Shown: positions 20,560-30,576 of the stretch, in pieces
How the letters are laid out: the number at the start of each line of letters is the position of its first letter
Numbering within the stretch: position 1 is the stretch's first letter
Notes under the pieces: generated by a model
What the model was told of the DNA's origin: nothing
Seen by the model: the letters and a program-made list of their open reading frames with translations, nothing else
Database searches by the model: none
Source: an uncultured Chthonomonadaceae bacterium
Lineage (GTDB): Bacteria; Armatimonadota; Chthonomonadetes; Chthonomonadales; Chthonomonadaceae
DNA: 64,000 nt
Assembly: GCA_963835065.1 (NCBI GenBank)
Contig: CAWIEK010000003.1
Span: 1 to 64,000, forward strand
Direction of reading: 5' to 3'
Translations under genes and position numbers: made by a program

Positions 20560-23500
20560 TTGTCCAGAGATGATTTTGACAAAAAAATAGTTTTAGTTCT
20601 TGCTCAACGTGCGGCGTACCAGTGCAGCAATCCTGATTGCCGACGCTTGACCATCGGCCCACATACTGATCCCCAAAGATCTCTGACTCATGGCATTGCT
20701 GCTCATATCTGCGCCGCAGCCCCAGGAGGCCCACGGTTTGATGTTAATCAGACACGCGATGAGCGAAAAAGTATCTACAATGCAATTTGGGTTTGTCATA
20801 ACTGCAGCGATATCATTGATAAGGACGAGATTGCCTATACTGTGTCGCTTCTGCAAGAATGGAAACATCGGCATGAGGAATTCGTTCGATCTGGAGGATG
20901 GCAGACTAATTCTAGTTTTCAAGTAGTGCAAGAATCCAATCGGCTTCTCACTGGAGTAAGTGAGCAAATATCGCGCCTCGTAAGTATCAGTGATACAGGC
21001 AAACCCGATATGGGTAGCGAACAGGCATGGCATCAGCGTATTGATGTCCCGCGTAATCTTCTGCTAGAAGGGCAATACCAAGCTGCCCGCCCTCTGCTCT
21101 TAAACCTACACTCAGAAGCCCAATCTAGCCAACTCTCACCAGCCGTATTGTCGCGGATTGCCAACAATCTAGGCGTATGTGCACTCGGCGTTGACGAATT
21201 TGAACAGGCTCAAATCTACTTTCGAGAAGCTCTAAAACAGGAGCCGAATAGTGCTAAGACGCTCTCCAACCTTGCTATGGTCGCGCTTATGCAAGGTAGC
21301 TTTGAACAGGCAATTGAACTTAGCAACCAGGCATGGGAGAAAGATAGCAGTGATCCCAACGTACTCGGTGTTTATTTACAAGCATTAAACTTAAATGGCC
21401 GCAGCGTAGAGGCTCAACAACTTCTACGTGATCACGCATGGGCGTTAGAGCGAGACGAATGCGCCGCTCCAATTGCCGTCATCAAACGGGATGCAGATAA
21501 CTTTGATGAGGCAGAAATTTTCGCTCGACGGGCTTTGAAGACGCACCCTAACGACGCCCAAGCGTACATGCTGCTGGCAAGTATTCTCGTGTCTTCAGTT
21601 CAAAACGAATTAGGAACATTGGTCGGGCCGTACCCACATTTGTCGCAAGCTATGATTGCTGACTTAGAAGGGATAGAGCAATTATATTGCGCCTCCGTAA
21701 GGTTGTGTGAGCAACAAGGTAATTATACTTCTTTACATTCGGCATTGGTAAGCCGCGCCGGAGTACGTAAACTGCTGAACCGTATAGAAGAAGGTCTGCA
21801 AGATTGCGAACAGGTATTACGCTCAGAGCCATCTCACCCTGGTGCGTTGGAGAACAAAGCACGTATCCTTTTAGGCAGTGATCGCTTTAATGAAGCAATA
21901 ACCTGCCTTGAAGCGATACTGAACCTTTCTGCTAGTGAAGTATCTACCCATAAAAACAACGATGTGCCGCAACAAGAACACTTTACTGTGCAGACCCTTT
22001 TGGCTGCGGCGTATACTGAAATCGGACAACATGCGAAAGTACCTCCTTTACTCGCTTCCATTTGGCAACCTTGTGTTAATGACGTTAACCAACTTGCTGT
22101 CGCCGAACTTTTGTTGATCTCCTACACCGAATTAGGCAATACTCAGGAAATTGCAGATATCCTTCGTTGTCTGGAACAGGCATTTCCCAATACTCCCCGT
22201 GCTTTGGCAGTAATAGCGGAACATTTCGTGCAAGCAGGCGATCTGTCACAAGCTATATGCCTCTATGAACAAGCCGTAGTGCATTGCTCTAATGATTTAC
22301 ACCGTCAGTTTACGCTAAGACTAGCTTATCTGCACTATTCCACGCAGAATTATCTCCAAGCTTCTACGTTGTTCGCCCCACTAGTAGACACAAGTAGAGA
22401 CAATCAAGATTTTCGCTATTACATTCTCTGCCTCTACAATGGCGGGAACTTTATTCAAGCTCTGCATTGTGCCCAAATGTATCGAAGAGTGGCTGGAGCC
22501 AAACGTGTAATTGCAGAGATAGAGGGCGCTTTGCTGGATAAGATTGGGAATCTCCCTGCTGCTAAAGAGGTTTGGCAACAGTTAATTGCTGCCGAACCAT
22601 CCTGCCCTTCTTACATATTCCACTTAGCATCAGTGGAAATGCGCTCTGGGCTTCGCCAGCAAGCGCGCGAAACACTACTAAAAATACACTTGGAAGACAT
22701 CAAAGATAATGCCCCTTTGTTGCTGCATGTTGCACGATTACGGGCCACTCTAAAGATGAGGGACGTACTCGTCTTTGCGTATCGCGCGCGTCAAATTTCT
22801 CACGGCGATGCCGAAGTATATGGAACTTACGTGAGTCTCTGCCTTGAGGCAGGAGCAGAAGAAACTACTGCTGCAACAATAGCCCCTGAATTTGTGCGGG
22901 TGGGAGATGCTGTGCATCTGCAGCGCAAAGGCACAACAACCGTCTTTGTGATTTTGGAAGAAGGTCCGCTTCACGCAGAGCGGGGAGAGTTGCATAAAGA
23001 TAGTCCGCGCGCCAAAGAGTTGCTCGGAAAGCGTAAAGGGGAAACCGTTTCTTTTGACAGTGGCATGATGGGCAAACAGGAGTATCTGGTAACAGAGATC
23101 ATGAGCAAGTTTGTTTATGCCAGTCGTGAAACGTTGCATCTTCTGCAAACAGGTATTCTTCAGATACCAAGCATGTACGCGGCTGATGTGACAGATCCAG
23201 ACTTTGTACCGAGTTTTTTAGATAGCCTAGAACAACGCTCTAAACACACACAACAAGTTTTTGCTGCTTATAAGCAACAGCCGCTAACAGTAAGCGTATT
23301 AGCAGGGCTTCGTCACCGTTCCGTCATAGAGACATGGTGCGCGTTGACACAAGTGCCTTCTGAACGTCTGTTTGCTTTTAATGGCACAGAAGAAGATGTA
23401 GAAGTTCAAGCGAACGTACTCGCTATGGCAAAGACAATCGCCTTAGACATGACAGCTGTATTGACCATTATCCATCTTGGTATTGAAGACCTTGTTGCAA

Positions 23501-24321
23501 AACGTTTTGACACGATTTTAGTAGTCCAAGCTGTATTAGATGAATTGCATCAGGAAGAACACGATCTTTCCGGTATGGAACCTTACGCGACAATGGGCAG
23601 CAGTCAAGGACAGGGTTACTTTCTGGAACTCCCCCGCGGACATACATTGCCGCGCCGTGAGTTTGTCCAACGCACTCTACGCTTCATTACAACGGCTACA
23701 AAGATTATGGGAGTTGAAGGACTAGCCGGAGTTGACAAGGAAAAAGAGGAAGTATTAGGGTGTGCGGCAATTGCTTCCATCCTGCTAGCAAGCGAGCAAG
23801 ACGTTCCTTTGTATACAGATGACATGCGTATGAAACAGCTTGCTCAACACGAATGGCATGTCAGCGGATTTGATACTCAGGCACTTCTAACAAACCTGCA
23901 CCAGCATACGGTGGTAGCAGACGATCCCTACTACAAGATGCTTGCAAAACTCGCGCAGTCTAACTACCACTTTGTTCGCTTCAATGCAGCAGGATTGCTC
24001 TCAATTTTGGAGCAAAACGCGATGTCTGTAAACGCCGAAGTGCGTAGTGCATTCAGTTCCTTCCGGGGGCCGGATTGTGCAGATGATGCCGCCCTAAACG
24101 TCCTTGCAGTTTTGATCTCTAAGGTATGGCATAAGAACCTGATGGATCATCAAAAAACGTTTGTATTGGACCTTGTTCTGGAAACACTCATAACCGGACG
24201 AACAATGAAGATGCTACAGTCTTTTATGATACATCTAAGACCAAGTTTCAAGTTTACTTCGTTTTATCTCTATGACATACAGAAACATATAGCATTATGG
24301 CAGCGACAACGTTTAGTATAG
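20560..24321 (+). CDS. HNH nuclease-TPR-GreA/B C-terminal-PIN multidomain protein (putative anti-phage defence)
   Basis: N-terminal CSNPDC...AAHICAAAPGGPRFD...NAIWVCHNCS (HNH); many TPRs; 'VRVGDAV...DSPRAKELLGKRKGETV' aligns with the GreA C-domain; 'IALDMTA...VLDEL...LYTDD' PIN motif; visibly lower GC. Confidence 0.85.
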   Translation: MSRDDFDKKIVLVLAQRAAYQCSNPDCRRLTIGPHTDPQRSLTHGIAAHICAAAPGGPRFDVNQTRDERKSIYNAIWVCHNCSDIIDKDEIAYTVSLLQEWKHRHEEFVRSGGWQTNSSFQVVQESNRLLTGVSEQISRLVSISDTGKPDMGSEQAWHQRIDVPRNLLLEGQYQAARPLLLNLHSEAQSSQLSPAVLSRIANNLGVCALGVDEFEQAQIYFREALKQEPNSAKTLSNLAMVALMQGSFEQAIELSNQAWEKDSSDPNVLGVYLQALNLNGRSVEAQQLLRDHAWALERDECAAPIAVIKRDADNFDEAEIFARRALKTHPNDAQAYMLLASILVSSVQNELGTLVGPYPHLSQAMIADLEGIEQLYCASVRLCEQQGNYTSLHSALVSRAGVRKLLNRIEEGLQDCEQVLRSEPSHPGALENKARILLGSDRFNEAITCLEAILNLSASEVSTHKNNDVPQQEHFTVQTLLAAAYTEIGQHAKVPPLLASIWQPCVNDVNQLAVAELLLISYTELGNTQEIADILRCLEQAFPNTPRALAVIAEHFVQAGDLSQAICLYEQAVVHCSNDLHRQFTLRLAYLHYSTQNYLQASTLFAPLVDTSRDNQDFRYYILCLYNGGNFIQALHCAQMYRRVAGAKRVIAEIEGALLDKIGNLPAAKEVWQQLIAAEPSCPSYIFHLASVEMRSGLRQQARETLLKIHLEDIKDNAPLLLHVARLRATLKMRDVLVFAYRARQISHGDAEVYGTYVSLCLEAGAEETTAATIAPEFVRVGDAVHLQRKGTTTVFVILEEGPLHAERGELHKDSPRAKELLGKRKGETVSFDSGMMGKQEYLVTEIMSKFVYASRETLHLLQTGILQIPSMYAADVTDPDFVPSFLDSLEQRSKHTQQVFAAYKQQPLTVSVLAGLRHRSVIETWCALTQVPSERLFAFNGTEEDVEVQANVLAMAKTIALDMTAVLTIIHLGIEDLVAKRFDTILVVQAVLDELHQEEHDLSGMEPYATMGSSQGQGYFLELPRGHTLPRREFVQRTLRFITTATKIMGVEGLAGVDKEKEEVLGCAAIASILLASEQDVPLYTDDMRMKQLAQHEWHVSGFDTQALLTNLHQHTVVADDPYYKMLAKLAQSNYHFVRFNAAGLLSILEQNAMSVNAEVRSAFSSFRGPDCADDAALNVLAVLISKVWHKNLMDHQKTFVLDLVLETLITGRTMKMLQSFMIHLRPSFKFTSFYLYDIQKHIALWQRQRLV

Positions 24322-24588
24322 GGCATTTTACATGGATTGAAGGAGGGGTGTGTATACTACAGAAGCCATGCGAACCAAATGGAAACTGTTTATAACAGTG
24401 GCAACAGTGGCGGCGCGCTCATTGCGCTGACGGGTTGACGGGGCAGGCGCAAAATAAAGGACGTTCCACCATGCCGCATTACGTCCATCTGGCGCGTGAA
24501 GCGATTGTGTCGCCGCAGGTGGTGGCGTCGGGGATGTGGATTTGGCAGCGTAGTCACTGGAAGACCAGCACGTTCTTGTGTTTCGCAT

Positions 24589-24671
24589 GGATATTGGTGA
24601 ATGCGTTCCGGGCGGAAGTGGAAGCCGGCAGGCGGGTAGAATTTATTCCGCTGAAGGTTGAGGCAATGTGA
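24589..24671 (+). repeat. Imperfect direct repeat, copy B (orphan duplicate of the CA-like gene 3' end)
   Basis: Translates ILVNAFRAEVEAGRRVEFIPLKV versus ILISAFRAEVRADMRVEFVPLKV in copy A. Confidence 0.85.
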
Positions 24672-24803
24672 GTTGAAATTAGAAGCGTGATGCCATGCCG
24701 TCAAAGCAATAACCGAGTTTGAAGCCGTTGTCAAAGCTTCAAAGCGTCCCGCCGCAATTATGGGCAAGCTGGAGCTACGAGCAGGCAGGAAAGCAGGGTA
24801 AAG

Positions 24804-25368
24804 ATGCGTAAAGAACAAGTGCTTGGCGATCTTATTTTCGTGATACACGAGTTTCTGACGGCTGAGGAGTGTGATGCTTATATTGTGGTCAGTGAGCAGG
24901 AAGGGTATGGCGACGCGCCCATTATGATGGGCGGCAAGCCGATTCTGCTGAAGGACGTGCGCAACAATGAGCGCGTGATTTATGACAATGTTGATCTGGC
25001 GGCGCGATTGTTCGAGCGCGCCGAGCCGTTTCTGCCCGCGCAACGCGGCAAATGGCGTCTCATCGGGCTGAACGAGCGCTTCCGCTACTATCGCTACGAC
25101 CCCGGCCAAACGTTCGCGCCGCACTACGATGGCAGTTTCCGGCGCGGGAATGGCGAGGAAAGCCTGCTCACGTTGATGATTTATCTCAATGACGGCTATG
25201 AGGGCGGCAACACGAAATTCTACCATGATGATGACCGCCTGAAAGCCAATATCGTTCCCCGGCAGGGCATGGCGCTGATTTTCGATCATCTCAACGCACG
25301 AGGGCGCTCCTGTCGTCAGTGGGCGCAAGTACGTCCTGCGCACGGATGTTATGTACAGGCCCTCGTAG
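24804..25368 (+). CDS. 2OG-Fe(II) oxygenase (prolyl-4-hydroxylase-like); frameshift near 25293
   Basis: LNERFRYYRY..GQTFAPHYDG and IYLND..EGG.T; HEGAPVVSGRKYVLRTDVMY lies in the shifted frame. Confidence 0.85.
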
Positions 25369-25392
25369 CCAATAGATTGTACTCAATTTTGG

Positions 25393-25448
25393 TTGACATT
25401 ATTGGCTTAAACCGGCTATAATATGACCGGTTTCGTCTTCTAATGTCA
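25393..25448 (+). promoter_or_regulatory. Sigma70 promoter with nested inverted-repeat operator for the abiE operon
   Basis: TTGACA(25393)-N18-TATAAT(25417); inverted repeats TGACATTA/TAATGTCA and AAACCGG/CCGGTTT bracket the -10. Confidence 0.8.
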
Positions 25449-25450
25449 CA

Positions 25451-26312
25451 ATGATAAAGTCTGGAAAAATCGAATCGGATGTTTTTTTTGCGACTCACCC
25501 GGTGTTCACGGCTAAGGATTATGATTTTTTTCTAGCCATGAGGAGCGGTCTCTCAGTCGTGAGCGCCGAGGCGCGTCAAACGCTTCTAAGACATCACTTG
25601 AAGCGGCAGAAAATTTTGCGTATCCGCCGTGGGCTTTACGCTTCAGTTCCTGCCGGGCAAAAGCCCGACTCATATCCTGTTGATACGTACCTTGTCGCTG
25701 CCCATCTGACTGAAGATAGCGTCCTTGCCTATCATACCGCTTTGTCCCTGCATGGCCTTGCGCAATCCTTACGGGAAGAACGGGTGAGCATTTCGGCAGA
25801 AACCGCTTCAAGCTCCTTTCGCTTTCGAGGCATCCTTTACCGTACCCTTCGTCCACCGACAACGCTTCCTGCCGGGGAATCGCTTCACCTGGGCGTTGAA
25901 ACTATGGACAGACAGGGAACCTGTGTACGCCTCACTTCTATTGAGCGCACACTCGTAGATGCCTTTGACCGCCTCACGCTCAGTGGCGGATGGGAAGAAA
26001 TCTGGCGTTCCCTGGAAGGTTTGGACCTTTATCTGGATTTTGCCCTTATTACGCGCTACGTTGCCCTCCTGGACAACGCGACAACAGCCGCCAAAGTGGG
26101 TTTTTTTCTGGAAAGTTTTCGGGAGCGGCTACAAGTTCCGCCTGCCGTTATCGAAGTCTTAAAACGCCAATCTCCAAAGCAACCCCACTATGTAGAGCGA
26201 AACCGACGAGGAGATGCCCGTTTGGTTACAGGATGGAATCTTTTAATCCCCACAAACCTTGAAATAATGCGTTTGCCCGCAGAAGATACGGATGAGGATA
26301 TGTCCTTTATGA
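25451..26312 (+). CDS. abiEi: Type IV TA antitoxin AbiEi (reads in frame into the toxin)
   Basis: wHTH 'ILRIRRGLY', 'LAYHTALSLHGL', 'TSIERTLVD'. Confidence 0.8.
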
Positions 26313-27288
26313 GACTTTCCCGACAGAGCCTTGAAGCCGAAGCCGCCGCAACCGGCTTTCGTCCTGAAGTGCTGGAAAAAGTGTTCCTCTTACTCGACCT
26401 GTTGGAAGCCATCAATGCGAATCCTGATCTTTCCGGTAAATTTGCTCTTAAGGGAGGCACTGCGCTCAACCTCTTTGTTTTCGATGCGCCGCGCCTTTCC
26501 ATTGATATTGATTTGAACTATGTCGGTGCTGAAGACCGGGAAACGATGCTTCAAGAACGGCCCGTACTCGAACAAACTATTGCGCTTATCGCCCGTCGCC
26601 TGGGACTCACGCCGCAGACGCCCAAAATAGAACACGCAGGCATAAGCTGGTCGCTCCGCTACGAAAGCGTCCTCGGTCAGAGGGACAACATCAAGATAGA
26701 CATTAACTACCTTTACCGCGTTCCTTTATGGCCGCCGCAGAAAAAGGAAAGCAGGCGTCATTGGAGCGCGACAGGCGCAAAACATAGTGGTACTGGACGA
26801 CTATGAACTCGCCGCCGGGAAACTTGCCGCGCTTATCGCCCGCCGCACCAGCCGTGACCTCTTTGACGCGCATAAGCTTTTGGTACGAATGGGACTGAAA
26901 GGGGAGAAACTCCGATTGGGGTTCGTAGTATACGGAGCGATGAACATTGAAGACTGGCGAACTGTATCGGTTTCGGATATAGAGCCGGCGAGTGCAAGAC
27001 CTGGACGCCTATCTTCTTCCGTTGCTTCGCGCAGAAGTTGTTGAGGCATTCGGGCAGCCCTCCGCAGCGTGGGGTGAGCGGCTGGCGAATGAATGTCGCG
27101 CGGCCCTCGGCGTTGTACTGCCGCTTCATGAGAATGAGATGCGCTTTCTAAACAGGCTTCTTGCGGACGGTGAATTAGAGCCGGAACATCTGACATCGGA
27201 CGAAGAGATCATGGAGCGAATTCGCAGGCATCCCGCTCTTTTGTGGAAGCGGCTTAATGTCCGCAAGCACTTCAATCTGGATGGTTAA
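26309..27288 (+). CDS. abiEii: Type IV TA toxin AbiEii nucleotidyltransferase; frameshifts near 26750 and 26995
   Basis: LKGGTALNL, RLSIDIDL, IKIDIN, ELAAGKLAAL..R..SRDLFD and HPALLWK spread over three frames. Confidence 0.8.
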
Positions 27289-27300
27289 GGAGAGAAGACA

Positions 27301-28536
27301 ATGACGAAAATTGGCGCGAATGACAAAATCGTGATCGGGCTGATCGGTTGCGGCGGCATGGGGGCGCAGAACATGCGTACCCTCATGGACAAGCCTGAAA
27401 TCAGCGTGGCCGCGCTGTGTGATGTGGATAAGGACCGGATGCCCGGTGATATTGCCGACGTGACCAAAAAGTACGGCAAAGCGCCCGACCTGTATTCCGA
27501 CTATCGCAAGATGCTGGAGCGCAAGGACATTGACGCCGTAATTGTCGGCACACCGGATAACTGGCATGCCCTGAACCTGATTCATGCGGTGGAAGCGGGC
27601 AAGGACGCTTACTGCGAAAAGCCCATTTCGCATGACATTGTGGAAGCGAAAAGCATGGATGCGGCGGTACGGCATCACAAGAAAATCGTGCAGGTCGGGA
27701 CGTGGCAGCGCAGCACGAGTGAGTTTACGAGCGCGGTGGCGTATGTTCGTTCGGGCAAATTGGGCAAAATCGTGGTTGCGCGGGCGTGGAAAACCGATGA
27801 TGCGCAGGTCGGTCACGTCGCGCCTTCCACGCCGCCCGCCAATCTGGATTACGATATGTGGACGGGGCCGGCCGCCCTGATCCCCTACGCGCCCAACCAC
27901 GTTCATAGTAATTGGCGCTGGTTCCTCAACTACGGCACGGGCATGACGGGCGATTGGGGCGTTCACATGATGGACATCGCCCTGCTCGGCATGACGCCCA
28001 ATACGGATATGCCCATGCCCAACGAAGTCTCGTCCTTCGGCGGCAAATTCGCGTATCCCGCTGATGACCGCACGGCTCCCGACACGGTGCAAACCATTAT
28101 GCGCTTCACCAACCCGGATTTCGTGCTGCACTGGCAGACGGGACGCGATTTCCCCGGCAGGCCGGATCACGGCACGGAATGGGTCAGCGCGGACGGCAGA
28201 ACCGTGCGCGTGTGGCGCGGCGGATGGGAGATTCTCGATCCCAAAGGCGAGCAGTTGCCCAAAGAGCGCGCGCCTGCCACCAACGACCACTGGCAAAACT
28301 GGATTGACTGCGTGAAATCCCGCGAACAGCCCCGCTCCAACCTGGCTTCGATGGCGCAAACCACGATTGTCTGCCATCTGGCGAACGTGTCCGTGCTGTG
28401 CGGCGAAACAATTCAATGGAGCAAGGCCAAAATGGACCTGGTTGGTAAAACGGGCCGGGATACCTCCTCCTACATGCGCGAATACCGCAAGCCATGGAAA
28501 CTGCCCCTTTACCACTATGACGTGGCACACCGATAA
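27301..28536 (+). CDS. Gfo/Idh/MocA family oxidoreductase
   Basis: IGCGGMG, GTPDNWH, YCEKP, DWGVHMMD. Confidence 0.9.
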   Translation: MTKIGANDKIVIGLIGCGGMGAQNMRTLMDKPEISVAALCDVDKDRMPGDIADVTKKYGKAPDLYSDYRKMLERKDIDAVIVGTPDNWHALNLIHAVEAGKDAYCEKPISHDIVEAKSMDAAVRHHKKIVQVGTWQRSTSEFTSAVAYVRSGKLGKIVVARAWKTDDAQVGHVAPSTPPANLDYDMWTGPAALIPYAPNHVHSNWRWFLNYGTGMTGDWGVHMMDIALLGMTPNTDMPMPNEVSSFGGKFAYPADDRTAPDTVQTIMRFTNPDFVLHWQTGRDFPGRPDHGTEWVSADGRTVRVWRGGWEILDPKGEQLPKERAPATNDHWQNWIDCVKSREQPRSNLASMAQTTIVCHLANVSVLCGETIQWSKAKMDLVGKTGRDTSSYMREYRKPWKLPLYHYDVAHR

Positions 28537-28546
28537 AGACAGCATT

Positions 28547-29776
28547 ATGAGCAAGACAGACAACAAACCAGCCCTGCCGACGATTGCCATTGATGGCGCG
28601 TTCGGCGAGGGCGGCGGGCAAATCATTCGTACCAGCGTATCTCTCGCGGCGATTACCGGGCGGGCGGTGGAAATCGTTAATATCCGGGCGCGGCGGAGCA
28701 AGCCGGGCTTGCAGGCGCAGCATCTCACGTCGGTTCGGGCGGCGGGCGCGTTATGCGACGCCACGCTGTACGGCGCGGAACTCGGTTCTCAGTTTCTGCG
28801 CTTCCTGCCCAACGCCCTCGTTGCCTCAGACAGTTTCCGGTTCGATGTGGCCGAAGCGCGGGGCGGAGCTTCGGCGGGCGCGACGGGACTGGTGGCGCAA
28901 ACGCTGCTCGTGCCCCTCGCGTTCCTGCCCGCGTTCACGGGCGGGGCGGCAGCCGGGGCAGGTAATCCGGGAGCAGGCAACGCGGTGGCAGGCGGCGCGG
29001 GAGGCACGGCTGCGGGGGTGGGAAGCGCCGTTCACGGCGCGGGAAGCGCGAGCGGGGAAATTCGCGTCACGATTTTAGGCGGTACGCACGTTCCCATGTC
29101 ACCCACCGCAGATTACCTGGAAGGGGCGTACCGGCCCATACTGCGGCGTTTGGGATTGGACGCGGAAATGCGCAGTGTTCGCGCCGGGTTCTTTCCACGC
29201 GGCGGCGGGGAAATCGCGCTGCACTTGCGGGGCGGCGGTTTGAACACGCCCCTGGATTTGACCGAGCGCGGCAGGCTGCAAACCCTGCGCGCGTTCGTCA
29301 CCACATCGCAGTTGCCCGACCATGTTGCGGATCGCGCCGAGGACGTATTGCGCAAGGAACTCAAAGGCTACGGCGTACCCGTGCAAGTAGAAAAACGGAG
29401 TTTGGACAGCAACGGCGCGGGCGCGGCGGTTGTCTTGATTGCCGAATGTCAGAACGGGCGGGGCGGCTGGGTGTCGCTTGGCGAACGGGGCAAGCCGATG
29501 GAAAAAGTCACCTCGGATGCTATACGCGGTTTCCGGGACTGGCAGGCGGGGAGCGCGGCGACGGACGAGCATCTGGCCGACCAACTGGTACTGCCCTGCG
29601 CTCTCATTCCCGGCGAAAGCCGCTGGACAACCCCGCTTGTCACCGACCATCTGCGCACCGTCCTCTTTGTAGCGCAGCAGTTCCTGCCGATTGAATACGA
29701 GTTGCAGGAACAGGAAGACGGAAGCGGTCTGGTAATCCTGCGAGGTTGTGACGTAAATAAAATTCACTGTCAGTAA
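28547..29776 (+). CDS. rtcA: RNA 3'-terminal phosphate cyclase with a Gly/Ala-rich insert
   Basis: DGAFGEGGGQIIRT, RSKPGLQAQHL, GFFPRGGG, DEHLADQL. Confidence 0.92.
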   Translation: MSKTDNKPALPTIAIDGAFGEGGGQIIRTSVSLAAITGRAVEIVNIRARRSKPGLQAQHLTSVRAAGALCDATLYGAELGSQFLRFLPNALVASDSFRFDVAEARGGASAGATGLVAQTLLVPLAFLPAFTGGAAAGAGNPGAGNAVAGGAGGTAAGVGSAVHGAGSASGEIRVTILGGTHVPMSPTADYLEGAYRPILRRLGLDAEMRSVRAGFFPRGGGEIALHLRGGGLNTPLDLTERGRLQTLRAFVTTSQLPDHVADRAEDVLRKELKGYGVPVQVEKRSLDSNGAGAAVVLIAECQNGRGGWVSLGERGKPMEKVTSDAIRGFRDWQAGSAATDEHLADQLVLPCALIPGESRWTTPLVTDHLRTVLFVAQQFLPIEYELQEQEDGSGLVILRGCDVNKIHCQ

Positions 29777-29822
29777 ATGCGCCTGTATCCGTCGGAACCC
29801 TCAGACAGTTTTACGATTTTCG

Positions 29823-29851
29823 TTGACAGACCGGCAAGGGTATGGTATCTT
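29823..29851 (+). promoter_or_regulatory. Sigma70 promoter of greA
   Basis: TTGACA-N17-TATCTT with extended -10 TG. Confidence 0.7.
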
Positions 29852-29953
29852 TAAGACGTGCGAACGGGCGTTTTTCAATGCGCGTGTTCGCACGTCTTTT
29901 TATTTTTAGGTATAGCAACCATTGCAGTATTGGTCTAAGGAGTGGCAGGAGCC

Positions 29954-30433
29954 ATGCAGCAAAACGAAATCGTACTGACCGCCAGCAGCAAAAAGCAGAA
30001 AGAAGAGGAACTGACGTTTCTGCGGACGGTGAAACGCTCGGAGATTACCGAATCCATACGTAAAGCGCGCGAGTACGGCGACCTGTCCGAAAACTTTGAG
30101 TACCATTCAGCGCGTCAGGCGCAGGCCATCAACAACGGACGTATTGCCGAACTGGAATCGCTGCTGGAACGCGCCCGCATTGTCGAGGATGCGGCTGTGG
30201 GCGGTGACAGCGTTGGTTTGGGTTCCATTGTCATGGTGCGCGATCTGGAAACCGAAGACGAGTGGGAATATACGCTTGTAGACGCCACTTCCGCAGACCC
30301 GGAACACGACCGGGTTTCCGTGCTGTCTCCCGTCGGAAAGATGCTGCTTGGCAAGAAAGTCGGCGATAAAGTGGAAGTGCCCATCCCCAACGGCAAAGCC
30401 TGTTATGAAATCATCGGGCTGCGGCATGAGTAG
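29954..30433 (+). CDS. greA: Transcription elongation factor GreA
   Basis: AREYGDLSENFEYHSAR, SVLSPVGKMLLGK. Confidence 0.95.
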   Translation: MQQNEIVLTASSKKQKEEELTFLRTVKRSEITESIRKAREYGDLSENFEYHSARQAQAINNGRIAELESLLERARIVEDAAVGGDSVGLGSIVMVRDLETEDEWEYTLVDATSADPEHDRVSVLSPVGKMLLGKKVGDKVEVPIPNGKACYEIIGLRHE

Positions 30434-30434
30434 G

Positions 30435-30575
30435 GGCAGAGGAAGTGATGAATGATGAGTGATGAATGATGAATAGAATTCTCATTCAGCGCTCATCATT
30501 CCCTGCCATGCTTTGCTGATCGCGCCCGCGCAGAAATTCAGCACTCATCACTCATCATTCATCACTTCCTCTGCT
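30435..30575. repeat. Long inverted repeat built of GATGAGT/GATGAAT heptamers between convergent genes
   Basis: GCAGAGGAAGTGATGAATGATGAGTGATGA ... TCATCACTCATCATTCATCACTTCCTCTGC. Confidence 0.85.
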
Positions 30576-30576
30576 C

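Noticed and set aside
24390..25343. Long antisense and alternative-frame ORFs throughout the window (e.g. 24390-25343 -, 27175-28764 -, 32423-33577 +)
   Set aside because: Shadow ORFs of GC-rich genes on the opposite strand, with no independent motifs.
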